The notes beneath the pieces were generated by a model that worked only from the letters and a program-made list of their open reading frames with translations, had not been told where the DNA came from and did no database searches. A stretch of DNA of 15,979 bases from a bacterium (GTDB lineage: Bacteria > Hydrothermota > 32-111): the NCBI GenBank assembly GCA_046484245.1, contig JAWOBN010000117.1:1-15979 (forward strand), in the 5' to 3' direction. The translations under genes and the position numbers were made by a program. How positions within the stretch are numbered: position 1 is the first letter of the stretch; each line of letters starts with the position of its first letter. This document shows, piece after piece, positions 1-7,838 of this stretch.

Positions 1-47
1 GTTGATTTCCCTGTATTGGGTTTGCCTATTATTGCTACTACTGTCAT
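1..47 (-). CDS. der: 5' fragment of a TRAFAC GTPase, most likely ribosome biogenesis GTPase Der (EngA); runs off the window
   Basis: Not in the ORF track. The reverse complement of 47..1 reads MTVVAIIGKPNTGKS(T), a G1/P-loop (GxPNxGKST) at the extreme N-terminus as in Der. ATGA overlap with the DUF512 stop (44-46), and GGAGGAG upstream. DUF512-der adjacency is a synteny I recognise. Only 15 codons are visible, so Era, FeoB or YchF-like proteins are not excluded. Confidence 0.75.
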   Translation of the reverse strand, partial: MTVVAIIGKPNTGKS

Positions 48-1261
48 ATGAGATACTCCTCCATTGCCCGGGCATCGTCAAGACAGGTAATATGCCTGCC
101 TGTTTGCCTGTTAATCTCACTCAATGTCATATTATCAAGAGTGAGACCGCCTTCATTGAATATATCCGATGTAATCAATATATCTCTATCAGGATAATTT
201 GCAAGTGCATTGATGATATCACTGCCTGTCAGGAGTCCGGTCACATTGACATTGCCGGCGAAGAATACATTCTCTGCGCGTATAATATGGCCGTCAATAA
301 CACTGTTCTCTCTTAGATAATGACCGAACAGCATGCCTGTCAGTACTGCGTACCTCTCGGGCAGCTTATTTTTACCCATTCCGGCAATTGTGTCCGTGAA
401 CAGTCTCACCATGCCTATTCCATTATCTGTCTGGGGATAATCATTGTAATAACTGTCAGGCGGGAGCTTTTTGTCTGAGGCAAGATATATCTCATCAGCA
501 ATGTATATCCTGTCAAAACCGGCAGATGCTTTCCAGGACTCAATGCTCTCAATCAGCTCATTGAAATAATCCCTGTCAAATGATTCAATAACCGGCAGAT
601 TCTCCCTGTATTTTGTAAGGCCCGCAGGCACAATGCCTGTTGAGAGCAGCCCCTTCTCTCTTGCATATTCCATGCTTCTTACAAGATGAACACTGTCATT
701 GACATTGCGCATCAGTACAATCTGGGCATGTATCTCAATGCCTGCTTCAATAAGCATCTCCAATGTGCTGAGGGGATTGGGCCTCCCGAAAATCCGGGTT
801 CTCAGCTCATCTTCAACAGAATGGAGGGAAACATAGAGCGGGCTCATTGAATGGCTTATAATATCCTCTATCATCTCCGGGGTGAGATTGGAGAGTGTGA
901 TGTAATTGCCGTATTGAAGGGACAATCTGTAATCATCATCCTTTATGTAGATTGAATCCCTCAGTCCCCGGGGATTCTGGTCTATGAAGCAGAACATGCA
1001 GTTATTGACACATTTCATCATGGGCTTTTCTTCAAATTCAATGTCAATTTTATGATATGCATTGCGCATAACCCTCTTTTCAATAACAATGCCGTCTCTT
1101 CTTCTTATCTTTATATCCATATGATCATTGCTGCTTTCTGTTACAATACCCTCATAATTCATTATGGGTCTCTTGTTGACAGCAATAATACTGTCACCCT
1201 CTGAAATACCGTATTTCTTGAATATGGAATTATTCCCTATGCGGGATATCTTTAATGTCAT
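44..1261 (-). CDS. PDZ-like domain plus radical-SAM-type FeS protein, DUF512 / TIGR03279 family
   Basis: N-terminal PDZ-like segment (GISEGDSIIAVN). CxxxCxxC motif in CVNNCMFCFIDQNPRGLRDSIYIKDDDYRLS, then GNYITLSN, SPLYVSLH, GIVPAGLTKYR, YPQTDNGIGMVR and VNVTGLLTGSDI, all typical of the family. ATGA overlap with the upstream gene. Confidence 0.92.
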   Translation of the reverse strand: MTLKISRIGNNSIFKKYGISEGDSIIAVNKRPIMNYEGIVTESSNDHMDIKIRRRDGIVIEKRVMRNAYHKIDIEFEEKPMMKCVNNCMFCFIDQNPRGLRDSIYIKDDDYRLSLQYGNYITLSNLTPEMIEDIISHSMSPLYVSLHSVEDELRTRIFGRPNPLSTLEMLIEAGIEIHAQIVLMRNVNDSVHLVRSMEYAREKGLLSTGIVPAGLTKYRENLPVIESFDRDYFNELIESIESWKASAGFDRIYIADEIYLASDKKLPPDSYYNDYPQTDNGIGMVRLFTDTIAGMGKNKLPERYAVLTGMLFGHYLRENSVIDGHIIRAENVFFAGNVNVTGLLTGSDIINALANYPDRDILITSDIFNEGGLTLDNMTLSEINRQTGRHITCLDDARAMEEYLI

Positions 1262-1845
1262 CTATCCGAATAGAATCTTGACAATCTGTAGAAGTATTCA
1301 ACTGCCTGGCTGCCTGAAATATAACCGAAGGGGTAGAAATTTCCATTATCCGTTTCAATGAGGTCCCTCTCCACTACAGTGAGAATGGGTTTGTAGGCAA
1401 AAAATCCCCTGCTGACATCCTTCATTTCAATGTCAGGGGCAGCTGCATCAAAGAACGGGTCAGCTGATAGTATGTATCTGGTGAAGAATATAGCAAGCTG
1501 ATATCTCTTGACATATTCTCCGGGCTTGAATGAGCTGTCGGGAAAGACCTTCATCATGCCCCTTCTTACAGCAGTGTATGCAAGACCGGGATAGAGGTGC
1601 ATTCTCAGGTCAAAGGGTATGTCTGATATACCGGCATTGTCTTCAAGGGGAAGGAAAATTCCTGTAAGATGCGCAATATCAAGGCGTGTCACCCTTTCCT
1701 TATCATATATTGACCTCAATTCCCTTCTCTGTGCAGTGAGATTGTCAAATTCCGATTTGTATTTGTTCTCCTTTCTGAATACAGAACAGCCTGCAAGCAT
1801 TACAAGAAGCAGAACAAGGGCTGTTCTAATCAATGATCTCTGCAT
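1258..1845 (-). CDS. Lipoprotein with S-layer homology (SLH)-like repeats
   Basis: Signal peptide ending in the lipobox LAGC. SLH-like motifs VTRLDIA, GMMKVFPDSSFKPGEYVKRYQLA and MKDVSRGFFAYKPI...NGNFYPFGYISGSQA. GGAGG lies 9 nt before the ATG. Confidence 0.8.
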   Translation of the reverse strand: MQRSLIRTALVLLLVMLAGCSVFRKENKYKSEFDNLTAQRRELRSIYDKERVTRLDIAHLTGIFLPLEDNAGISDIPFDLRMHLYPGLAYTAVRRGMMKVFPDSSFKPGEYVKRYQLAIFFTRYILSADPFFDAAAPDIEMKDVSRGFFAYKPILTVVERDLIETDNGNFYPFGYISGSQAVEYFYRLSRFYSDR

Positions 1846-2338
1846 TCTTCATATCCTCCGCGTATTTGACATAACTCATTGCATGTTCTTTCAATGTTTC
1901 AATCACATCCGGATTCATTGTCTTCTTTATTTCACCCGGCACACCTGCAACAAGCGAAAAATCGGGTATGACACTGTTCTCCTTTATCACTGTTCCGGCT
2001 GCAATAATGCATCCCCTGCCTATCACTGCATTGTCCAGTATTGTTGACCCCATACCCAGCAATGTGCAGTCATTGACAGTGCATCCGTGCATAATAACGC
2101 CATGCCCCACTGTAACATAATTACCCAGTATCATCGGCAGTTCCTCAGTTACATGGGCTACTGACATATCCTGTATATTTGTGTAATCACCTGCCTGGAC
2201 CTGTTTTATATCCCCTCTCAGCACTGTCTTGAACCATACAGAACATTTCTCTCCGAATCTTACATCACCTATGAGAGTCACGTCCCGGGACATGTAAAAT
2301 GGTTTCTGCGGCGTAAAGCCATTCACACTTATAATCAT
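1826..2338 (-). CDS. Gamma-class carbonic anhydrase / hexapeptide-repeat protein (YrdA/CaiE/PaaY family)
   Basis: LIGDVRFGEKCSVWFKTVLRGD, NIQD, three His metal ligands (VAHV...VGHGVIMHG), hexapeptide repeats, and GVPG. AAGGAG RBS. ATGA overlap with rex. Confidence 0.92.
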   Translation of the reverse strand: MIISVNGFTPQKPFYMSRDVTLIGDVRFGEKCSVWFKTVLRGDIKQVQAGDYTNIQDMSVAHVTEELPMILGNYVTVGHGVIMHGCTVNDCTLLGMGSTILDNAVIGRGCIIAAGTVIKENSVIPDFSLVAGVPGEIKKTMNPDVIETLKEHAMSYVKYAEDMKNAEIID

Positions 2339-2970
2339 TTTTTCTCCTTCAGATAATATGAAATGATCTTCAGTTCCGATACAAAATCCATATTCCTCAC
2401 AAGCAGGCCATTGCCTCCTGTCAGAATAATCGGAGTGAAATTGAGCAATGCCTTAATGGATGTGCCTGAGATCTTCGCATATATTTCATGCACAACATAT
2501 GAGGGCACTGTGAGTATTGCTATTTCACACTTCAGTCTGCTGCTTATATCCTTTATTTTGTCTATATCGTATATTTCAATATTGTTTACTGCTGTTCCTA
2601 TTTTCTTGGGGTCATTGTCAAAACCTGCAACAATACTGAATGGTGTCTGCTGCATTCTTTTGTACTTTATCAGTGCAGTTCCCAGCCGGCCCATGCCGAT
2701 GATGCATACCCTGTGTACAGTTGTGAGATTCATTATATCCTCTATTGCCTTGATGAATTCATTGACATTGTACCCCACACCCTTTTTGCCGAATGAACCG
2801 AAATACGACAGGTCCTTCCTTATCTGAGAATCATTTATACTCATCATTTTGGACAGTATGCGGGAGGATATTGTTTCAACACCCTGGTCCTTGAGATAAT
2901 TGAGGACACAGAGGTAATCGGATACTCTCTGCAGTGTTGATTCTGATATATTATTCTTGTTCTTCGGCAT
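2335..2970 (-). CDS. rex: Redox-sensing (NADH/NAD+) transcriptional repressor Rex
   Basis: Winged-helix signature SQIRKDLSYFGSFGKKGVGY, Rossmann motif IIGMGRLGTAL, then AGFDNDP, IAILTVP and LLNFTP. 211 aa. GGAG RBS. Confidence 0.96.
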   Translation of the reverse strand: MPKNKNNISESTLQRVSDYLCVLNYLKDQGVETISSRILSKMMSINDSQIRKDLSYFGSFGKKGVGYNVNEFIKAIEDIMNLTTVHRVCIIGMGRLGTALIKYKRMQQTPFSIVAGFDNDPKKIGTAVNNIEIYDIDKIKDISSRLKCEIAILTVPSYVVHEIYAKISGTSIKALLNFTPIILTGGNGLLVRNMDFVSELKIISYYLKEKK

Positions 2971-4738
2971 TATTCTCCAGATATGAGCTGATTCCTCTTA
3001 CTGCCTTCAGTGCGTCAGCTACAGCTGATATCACATCATTCTTGCTGTTGACAGTATCACCGCCTGCAAAAACGCCTTCTTCCCGGGTCATCCCATTGTC
3101 ATCAACAGGTATATTGCCCCTCTCACCGAATATATCATAATCACTGATAAAGTCAGATTCTGCATTCTGCCCAATGGCAATTATAACAGTGTCAATATCC
3201 TCAATGCAGAACACCTCACCCTCTATCATGACAGGATTGGGTCTGCTCTTGCCCGGCTCTTCAACCATTTTTGCAGGAGCACAGTAATACTTGAATGATT
3301 TATCCTTGTCCCCGTATTCAAATCTGAGCGGTATATTCTGCTGGATTATCTTGATATGCTCTGCTTCTGCTGCAGTGATCTCCTCCATGTCAGCAGGCAT
3401 ATCTATCTTTCTTCTTCTGTAATATATCTCCACCTCTGCACCCAGACGCCTGGATACACGGGCTGCATCAATTGCCACATTGCCTCCGCCTATCACTATG
3501 ACCTTCTTGCCCACATCAACTGTCTCGCCTGTATTGATGCGCTGCAGGAATTCAGCTGCCTGCATGACACCGGGAAGGTCATTGCCCTCAACAGAGAGTT
3601 CCCTGGATTTGTGATATCCTATGCCTATGAACAATGCGTCGTGTTTCTCTTTCAGAGTGCTGAAATCAATGTCACTCCCTATCTCGGTATTGAGCTTAAT
3701 TGACACACCTGCCTGTTCAAGAAGCTTATGCTGGCGTTCAAGTGAATCAAGGGGCAGTCTGTATCTCGGAATACCGAGATATGTCATTCCGCCTATACGG
3801 TCATGTTTCTCATAGAGTATTGTGTCAAATCCCCTCATTGACAGATAGTATGCTGCAGTGATCCCCGCAGGGCCTGCTCCTATTATGCCTACAGAACCCT
3901 CTCTGCCCTCACCGGGCTTTATATCAAGAGCGTCTTGGTACTCTTCAATCTGTTCAGCAGCATATCTCTTGAGCCAGCGTATGGCAAGGGGTGTGCCGTC
4001 GGATGAAGCAACACAGAGGTCCTCACAATGTCTTGTGCATACCTTTCCGCATATCTCAGCAAGCGGGTTATTGTCCAGCATAAGCTGCAGGGAGCCGGCA
4101 ATATCATCATTCTCAATTTTATTTATATATTCGGGTATATGCATATGAGCAGGGCATCCGACAATGCATATGCCGCATTCCATGCATCTTTGAGCCTCTT
4201 TCCGCGCTTCTTCCCGGGAATAGCCGAGCACTTCCTCTGCAAATGAATTGGTCCTTACATCAGGATCAAGATGGGGCATTTCCACTCTCTCTCTGTTCTG
4301 AAGGGATACAGCCATATCCTTGGTGTATGATATGCTCTCTGAAAGATGCTTCCTCTCAATACCGGGTATATATGTGAATTTATCCGGGGTTTCCTCTATC
4401 TGTTTATATTCACTTGAGAACTGCAGTGAACCTGAGGGGCAGACATCAACGCATAATCCGCAGTAGCAGCAGCGGCCGTAATCCACACGCGGTCTGAGGC
4501 CTGAATCCTGTTCCTTATCGTCAATTGCACTGCTGTCAACCTTGACCATGTCTATTGCCTCATTCATGCATATTGTTGAACAATTCCCGCATCCTATGCA
4601 CTTATTGATATCATTGAAATGAGAACCCCTGTACCTCTCAGCAGGTTTTTTCTCCTCATAAGGCACCCTTACAGTATTCTTCTCCCTCAGTATGAATTTG
4701 ATCTGCAGCAGCGGATTGATTATCTCCTTAAAACCCAT
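2951..4738 (-). CDS. mbxN: Fusion protein: MbxN/NuoI-like 2x[4Fe-4S] subunit joined to a GltD/SudA/NfnL-like FAD-dependent NADP(H) oxidoreductase
   Basis: N-terminal NuoI-like region VPYEEK..AERYRG with CIGCGNCSTIC and CCYCGLCVDVCP. Then a GltD-type FeS domain (EAQRCMECGICIVGCP; ICGKVCTRHCEDLC), FAD motif IIGAGPAG, GIPRYRLP, NADP-type motif VIGGGNVAID...YYRR, and GVFAGGD. GAGGT RBS. Confidence 0.92.
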   Translation of the reverse strand: MGFKEIINPLLQIKFILREKNTVRVPYEEKKPAERYRGSHFNDINKCIGCGNCSTICMNEAIDMVKVDSSAIDDKEQDSGLRPRVDYGRCCYCGLCVDVCPSGSLQFSSEYKQIEETPDKFTYIPGIERKHLSESISYTKDMAVSLQNRERVEMPHLDPDVRTNSFAEEVLGYSREEARKEAQRCMECGICIVGCPAHMHIPEYINKIENDDIAGSLQLMLDNNPLAEICGKVCTRHCEDLCVASSDGTPLAIRWLKRYAAEQIEEYQDALDIKPGEGREGSVGIIGAGPAGITAAYYLSMRGFDTILYEKHDRIGGMTYLGIPRYRLPLDSLERQHKLLEQAGVSIKLNTEIGSDIDFSTLKEKHDALFIGIGYHKSRELSVEGNDLPGVMQAAEFLQRINTGETVDVGKKVIVIGGGNVAIDAARVSRRLGAEVEIYYRRRKIDMPADMEEITAAEAEHIKIIQQNIPLRFEYGDKDKSFKYYCAPAKMVEEPGKSRPNPVMIEGEVFCIEDIDTVIIAIGQNAESDFISDYDIFGERGNIPVDDNGMTREEGVFAGGDTVNSKNDVISAVADALKAVRGISSYLENNAEEQE

Positions 4739-4744
4739 AAATAT

Positions 4745-5848
4745 CTACCTCTCTATTTCCGGCGGGCATATGCCCATACTTGTCATAATGACGGGAACAT
4801 CGGATAATTTCTGTCCAATCAGCATCTTCTCCAGTACAGTAAAAGCATGTACATATCCGGGACCTCTCACATGAACCCTTCTGGGCTTCTCGGTTCCGTC
4901 CGATTCCATGAAATATCCGTACTCTCCCCTTGCTGATTCAATTTTCTGATATGTGATACCCTCTTTCACCCTGAATTTGAACGGATTCTCAAACGGGCGC
5001 TTGTAGAATGCCCCCGAAGGTATGTCCTTTACTGCCTGTCTTATGATGCTGATTGACTGGTCCATCTCCCTTCTTCTCACCATTGCCCTTGAATAGACAT
5101 CTCCGCCCTCTTCAGCAATAATCTCCATATCCATTTTATTGTATATCTCATAGGGGGTATTGACCCTCACATCCTCTTTGATGCCGCATCCCCTCAGGAC
5201 AGGGCCCACAATGCCCCTCTCCCTTGCATGCTCGGGGCTTATCACGCCTGTTCCCCGCGCTCTCTTGATAAAGAGCGCATTGTTGAAGAATAGTTTATCA
5301 TAATCAAGCAGCCGCTTTTCAATATAGCTCAGTGTCTCAAGCAATTTATCTGTCCAGCCTGCAGGTATGTCCCTTCTGACACCGCCCGGCCATATATACA
5401 TATGGTAAATGCGTGCTCCCGAGAGCATCTCCAGCAGATCAATGAGATAATCCCTGTCTGCAAATGCCCACTGCGGCATTGTATAGAGGCCCATTGAACC
5501 GGCCTGGCCGCCGGACCACATGATATATGATATGAGACGGGCAAGTTCAAGAACAATGACCCTGAGATACTGCGCCCTTTCAGGCACCTCAAAGCTGCCG
5601 AGGGATTCAACAGCAAGGGAGTATGCCTCCTCATTGATATCAGGTTCAGGCACGCAGATCCTGCATACAATTGTGAAGTTCTGCAGGTATGACCTTCTCT
5701 CCATCAGTTTCTCAAATCCCCTGTGAAGATAGCCTATATGCGTTTTTGCATATGTTATTGTCTCGCCATTGAGCTCAAACTCCATCATCATATTGCCTGT
5801 AATGCCCGGGTGCTGGGGCCCGAAGTATATCTTCACATCCTTACTCAT
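4745..5848 (-). CDS. mbxL: Mbx/Mbs catalytic subunit L (NuoD / group 4 hydrogenase large-subunit homologue without a full [NiFe] site)
   Basis: GPQHPG, GYLHRGFEK, RICVPE, ESARGE, VHVRGP, and C-terminal GICPPEIER. Start reassigned to the ATG at 5848 (MSKDV; GAGGGGG RBS) instead of the GTG at 5866. Confidence 0.93.
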   Translation of the reverse strand: MSKDVKIYFGPQHPGITGNMMMEFELNGETITYAKTHIGYLHRGFEKLMERRSYLQNFTIVCRICVPEPDINEEAYSLAVESLGSFEVPERAQYLRVIVLELARLISYIMWSGGQAGSMGLYTMPQWAFADRDYLIDLLEMLSGARIYHMYIWPGGVRRDIPAGWTDKLLETLSYIEKRLLDYDKLFFNNALFIKRARGTGVISPEHARERGIVGPVLRGCGIKEDVRVNTPYEIYNKMDMEIIAEEGGDVYSRAMVRRREMDQSISIIRQAVKDIPSGAFYKRPFENPFKFRVKEGITYQKIESARGEYGYFMESDGTEKPRRVHVRGPGYVHAFTVLEKMLIGQKLSDVPVIMTSMGICPPEIER

Positions 5849-6395
5849 CCATGCCCCCTCTTTCACCTGTTATCTCTCTGATATGCTCCCTTACATCCAC
5901 TCCATCCTCGCGTCCCGGTCTGAACATGAACTGCTCATCCGCATACCGGGCTGTGTCAAAGTCCCTGCGCATTGGCGGGGGACCCTGCCATCCTTCAAGA
6001 ATAAACTCCTCACCCATTCTGCTGTTGCCGTCAAACACAATGCCCATCATTTCATTGAATTCCACCTCATATGTCTCCGCCTGTTCAAATATATCCTTCA
6101 TTGTGACAATCTCCGGTTTCTCCCTGTTCAGTTCAGTGCTGACAATAACTGTATTCTGGCTGGTATAGGAATAGACGACATAGTAGAGTTTAATTATATT
6201 CTTCTCAGGCCAGTCGGAATAGGACATCATGCTGAGATGCCTGAAACCCTCATTATTGTAGAGATAATCTATTACATTGAATACCTTTGACCTGTCTGTA
6301 TTAAATGAGAGTATATCGCCTCTGACAGTGTAATTGTCACCTGCGAATCTGCTTTCAATAGTTTCTGCCAGATAATTCAACGTACTGTTATTCAT
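5841..6395 (-). CDS. mbxK: Mbx/Mbs subunit K (NuoC-like)
   Basis: GFRHLSMMSYSDW, YEVEFNEMMGIVFDG, and FILEGWQGPPPMRRDFD. Lies between J and L. Confidence 0.92.
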   Translation of the reverse strand: MNNSTLNYLAETIESRFAGDNYTVRGDILSFNTDRSKVFNVIDYLYNNEGFRHLSMMSYSDWPEKNIIKLYYVVYSYTSQNTVIVSTELNREKPEIVTMKDIFEQAETYEVEFNEMMGIVFDGNSRMGEEFILEGWQGPPPMRRDFDTARYADEQFMFRPGREDGVDVREHIREITGERGGMDE

Positions 6396-6403
6396 ATTCT
6401 ACC

Positions 6404-6937
6404 TCAATAATTGTAATCAGGCAAATCCCATTTCTTAATGACCTTCTTCTGATTTGCCCTGTACCATTTTATGTTTTTAGTGTACTGTTCCCATCCATTG
6501 CACTTATCATCCATTATCATATCGGAGAGCTTGTTGAGGCCTGCTATGACGGACTCCGGCCTGGGCATGCATCCGGCTATCCAGACATCAACAGGAATAT
6601 AGAGGTCAAGCATCTTTATTGTATTATACGAATCCCAGTACATACCCCCGTTTATTGTGCATGCGCCCAGTCCTATGACATATTTGGGTGCCTGCATCTG
6701 TTCATAAGCCCTTATGACGCGTTTGAGTGATTTAATGGACAGATAGCCTGTAATAAGGAGCACATCAGCCTGGCGGGGTGTGCCGGCAGGTGCAATGCCG
6801 AACCGTTCCATGTCAAACCGCGAAGTCATTGTCGGGGGGAGCTCTATTGCACCGCATCCTGTGCAGTACATCAGAAGCCATATGGAGCGTGAGCGTGCCC
6901 AATTGTCTATTATTGTGAATATATTCCTGCTTGCCAT
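6404..6937 (-). CDS. mbxJ: Mbx/Mbs subunit J (NuoB-like [4Fe-4S] subunit)
   Basis: CTGCGAIE (a CxxC, not the tandem CC of complex I NuoB), TPRQADVLLITG, GACTINGG, and PVDVWIAGCMPRPE. Confidence 0.95.
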   Translation of the reverse strand: MASRNIFTIIDNWARSRSIWLLMYCTGCGAIELPPTMTSRFDMERFGIAPAGTPRQADVLLITGYLSIKSLKRVIRAYEQMQAPKYVIGLGACTINGGMYWDSYNTIKMLDLYIPVDVWIAGCMPRPESVIAGLNKLSDMIMDDKCNGWEQYTKNIKWYRANQKKVIKKWDLPDYNY

Positions 6938-6941
6938 AAAA

Positions 6942-7838
6942 TTACCTCAGCCAGTTTATTATTAGACCTGTTAATGCTATGAGTGTCGGTATGCCCCAGA
7001 AGAAACGCACTGCACCCTCTGTCTTGAATCTGGGATATACGAGACCTATAAAGAGCGGATAGAGCCAGATGATGAAAACCTTGAATATCATTGACACGGG
7101 ATTTGAAGCACCGCCCAGGAAGAGGTCTGCATAGAGTATGAATTTTGCTATCATGAAAATTGCATGTGATGACATCATAAGAGAAAGATACTTGCCGCCG
7201 AATTCCGCCATGGGGCCTGTTGCTATTTCCTGGGGTGCGACAACTATGTCAAAGGGCTGTTTGCCCATCATGCCGAGCAGTGCAATAAAAGCGGGTATTG
7301 CAGCCAGGGGGTGTCTGACAATATTCCAGTTGGCAGGTCCGCCCTGCTGTGCATTGATGATACTGCTTATTGACATGGAGTCAGCATCAATCATCAGTAT
7401 GATAACAGCAAGGACAAAAGGCAGTTCATATGATGCAAGAAGTGTCAGTGCCCTTGAAATGCCCATTATGCCGTATGGGTTGGAGCCCTGACTCGTTGCA
7501 AGGGCAAATCCCAGTGAACCGAAGACCATTAGGTACATAACAACAATAATATCACCGGCAAATCCGAAATGCATGAAATACTCTGATGAGACAACAGGTA
7601 TGAGGAGCAATGTGCCTATTGAGCCTGTAAGGAGAAATACGGGTCCCAGATCAAACATCACACCGTGTGATATATTGGTCTTCTTTACTCCGAGTTTGAT
7701 TATGTCAATATAATTCTGGAATACAGTGGGCCCGTGCCTCAGCTGAACCCATGCAGATATCTTTCTTCCCAGACCCATTAAAAATACGCCGTAGAGATAT
7801 ATGAATACAATGGTGATAATAGTGGTCATTATTATCAT
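6942..7838 (-). CDS. mbxM: Mbx/Mbs membrane anchor subunit M (NuoH-like)
   Basis: GRKISAWVQLRHGP..Q..IDIIKL, NPYGIMGISR, YELP, PFDIVVAPQEIATGPMAEFGG, and YPRFK. Start placed at the ATG at 7838 (ATGA overlap with the H' stop). Confidence 0.93.
   Translation of the reverse strand: MIIMTTIITIVFIYLYGVFLMGLGRKISAWVQLRHGPTVFQNYIDIIKLGVKKTNISHGVMFDLGPVFLLTGSIGTLLLIPVVSSEYFMHFGFAGDIIVVMYLMVFGSLGFALATSQGSNPYGIMGISRALTLLASYELPFVLAVIILMIDADSMSISSIINAQQGGPANWNIVRHPLAAIPAFIALLGMMGKQPFDIVVAPQEIATGPMAEFGGKYLSLMMSSHAIFMIAKFILYADLFLGGASNPVSMIFKVFIIWLYPLFIGLVYPRFKTEGAVRFFWGIPTLIALTGLIINWLR

Noticed and set aside
2951..4738. Glutamate synthase small subunit (gltD)
   Set aside because: No gltB nearby. The protein carries an N-terminal NuoI-like domain and sits at the mbxN position.
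6913..6930. Possible Rex box TTGTGAA-TATA-TTCCTGC at the start of mbxJ
   Set aside because: Only one arm is good (10 of 14 consensus positions), it lies inside coding sequence mid-operon, and no promoter is evident nearby.
4745..6937. Group 4 [NiFe]-hydrogenase (Mbh/Ech/Hyf) or canonical complex I
   Set aside because: L has RICVPE and ICPPE, only two of the four metal-ligand Cys, and lacks the NuoD Tyr. J has CxxC rather than CC. There is no nuoA or nuoEFG, and Mrp-type subunits are present.
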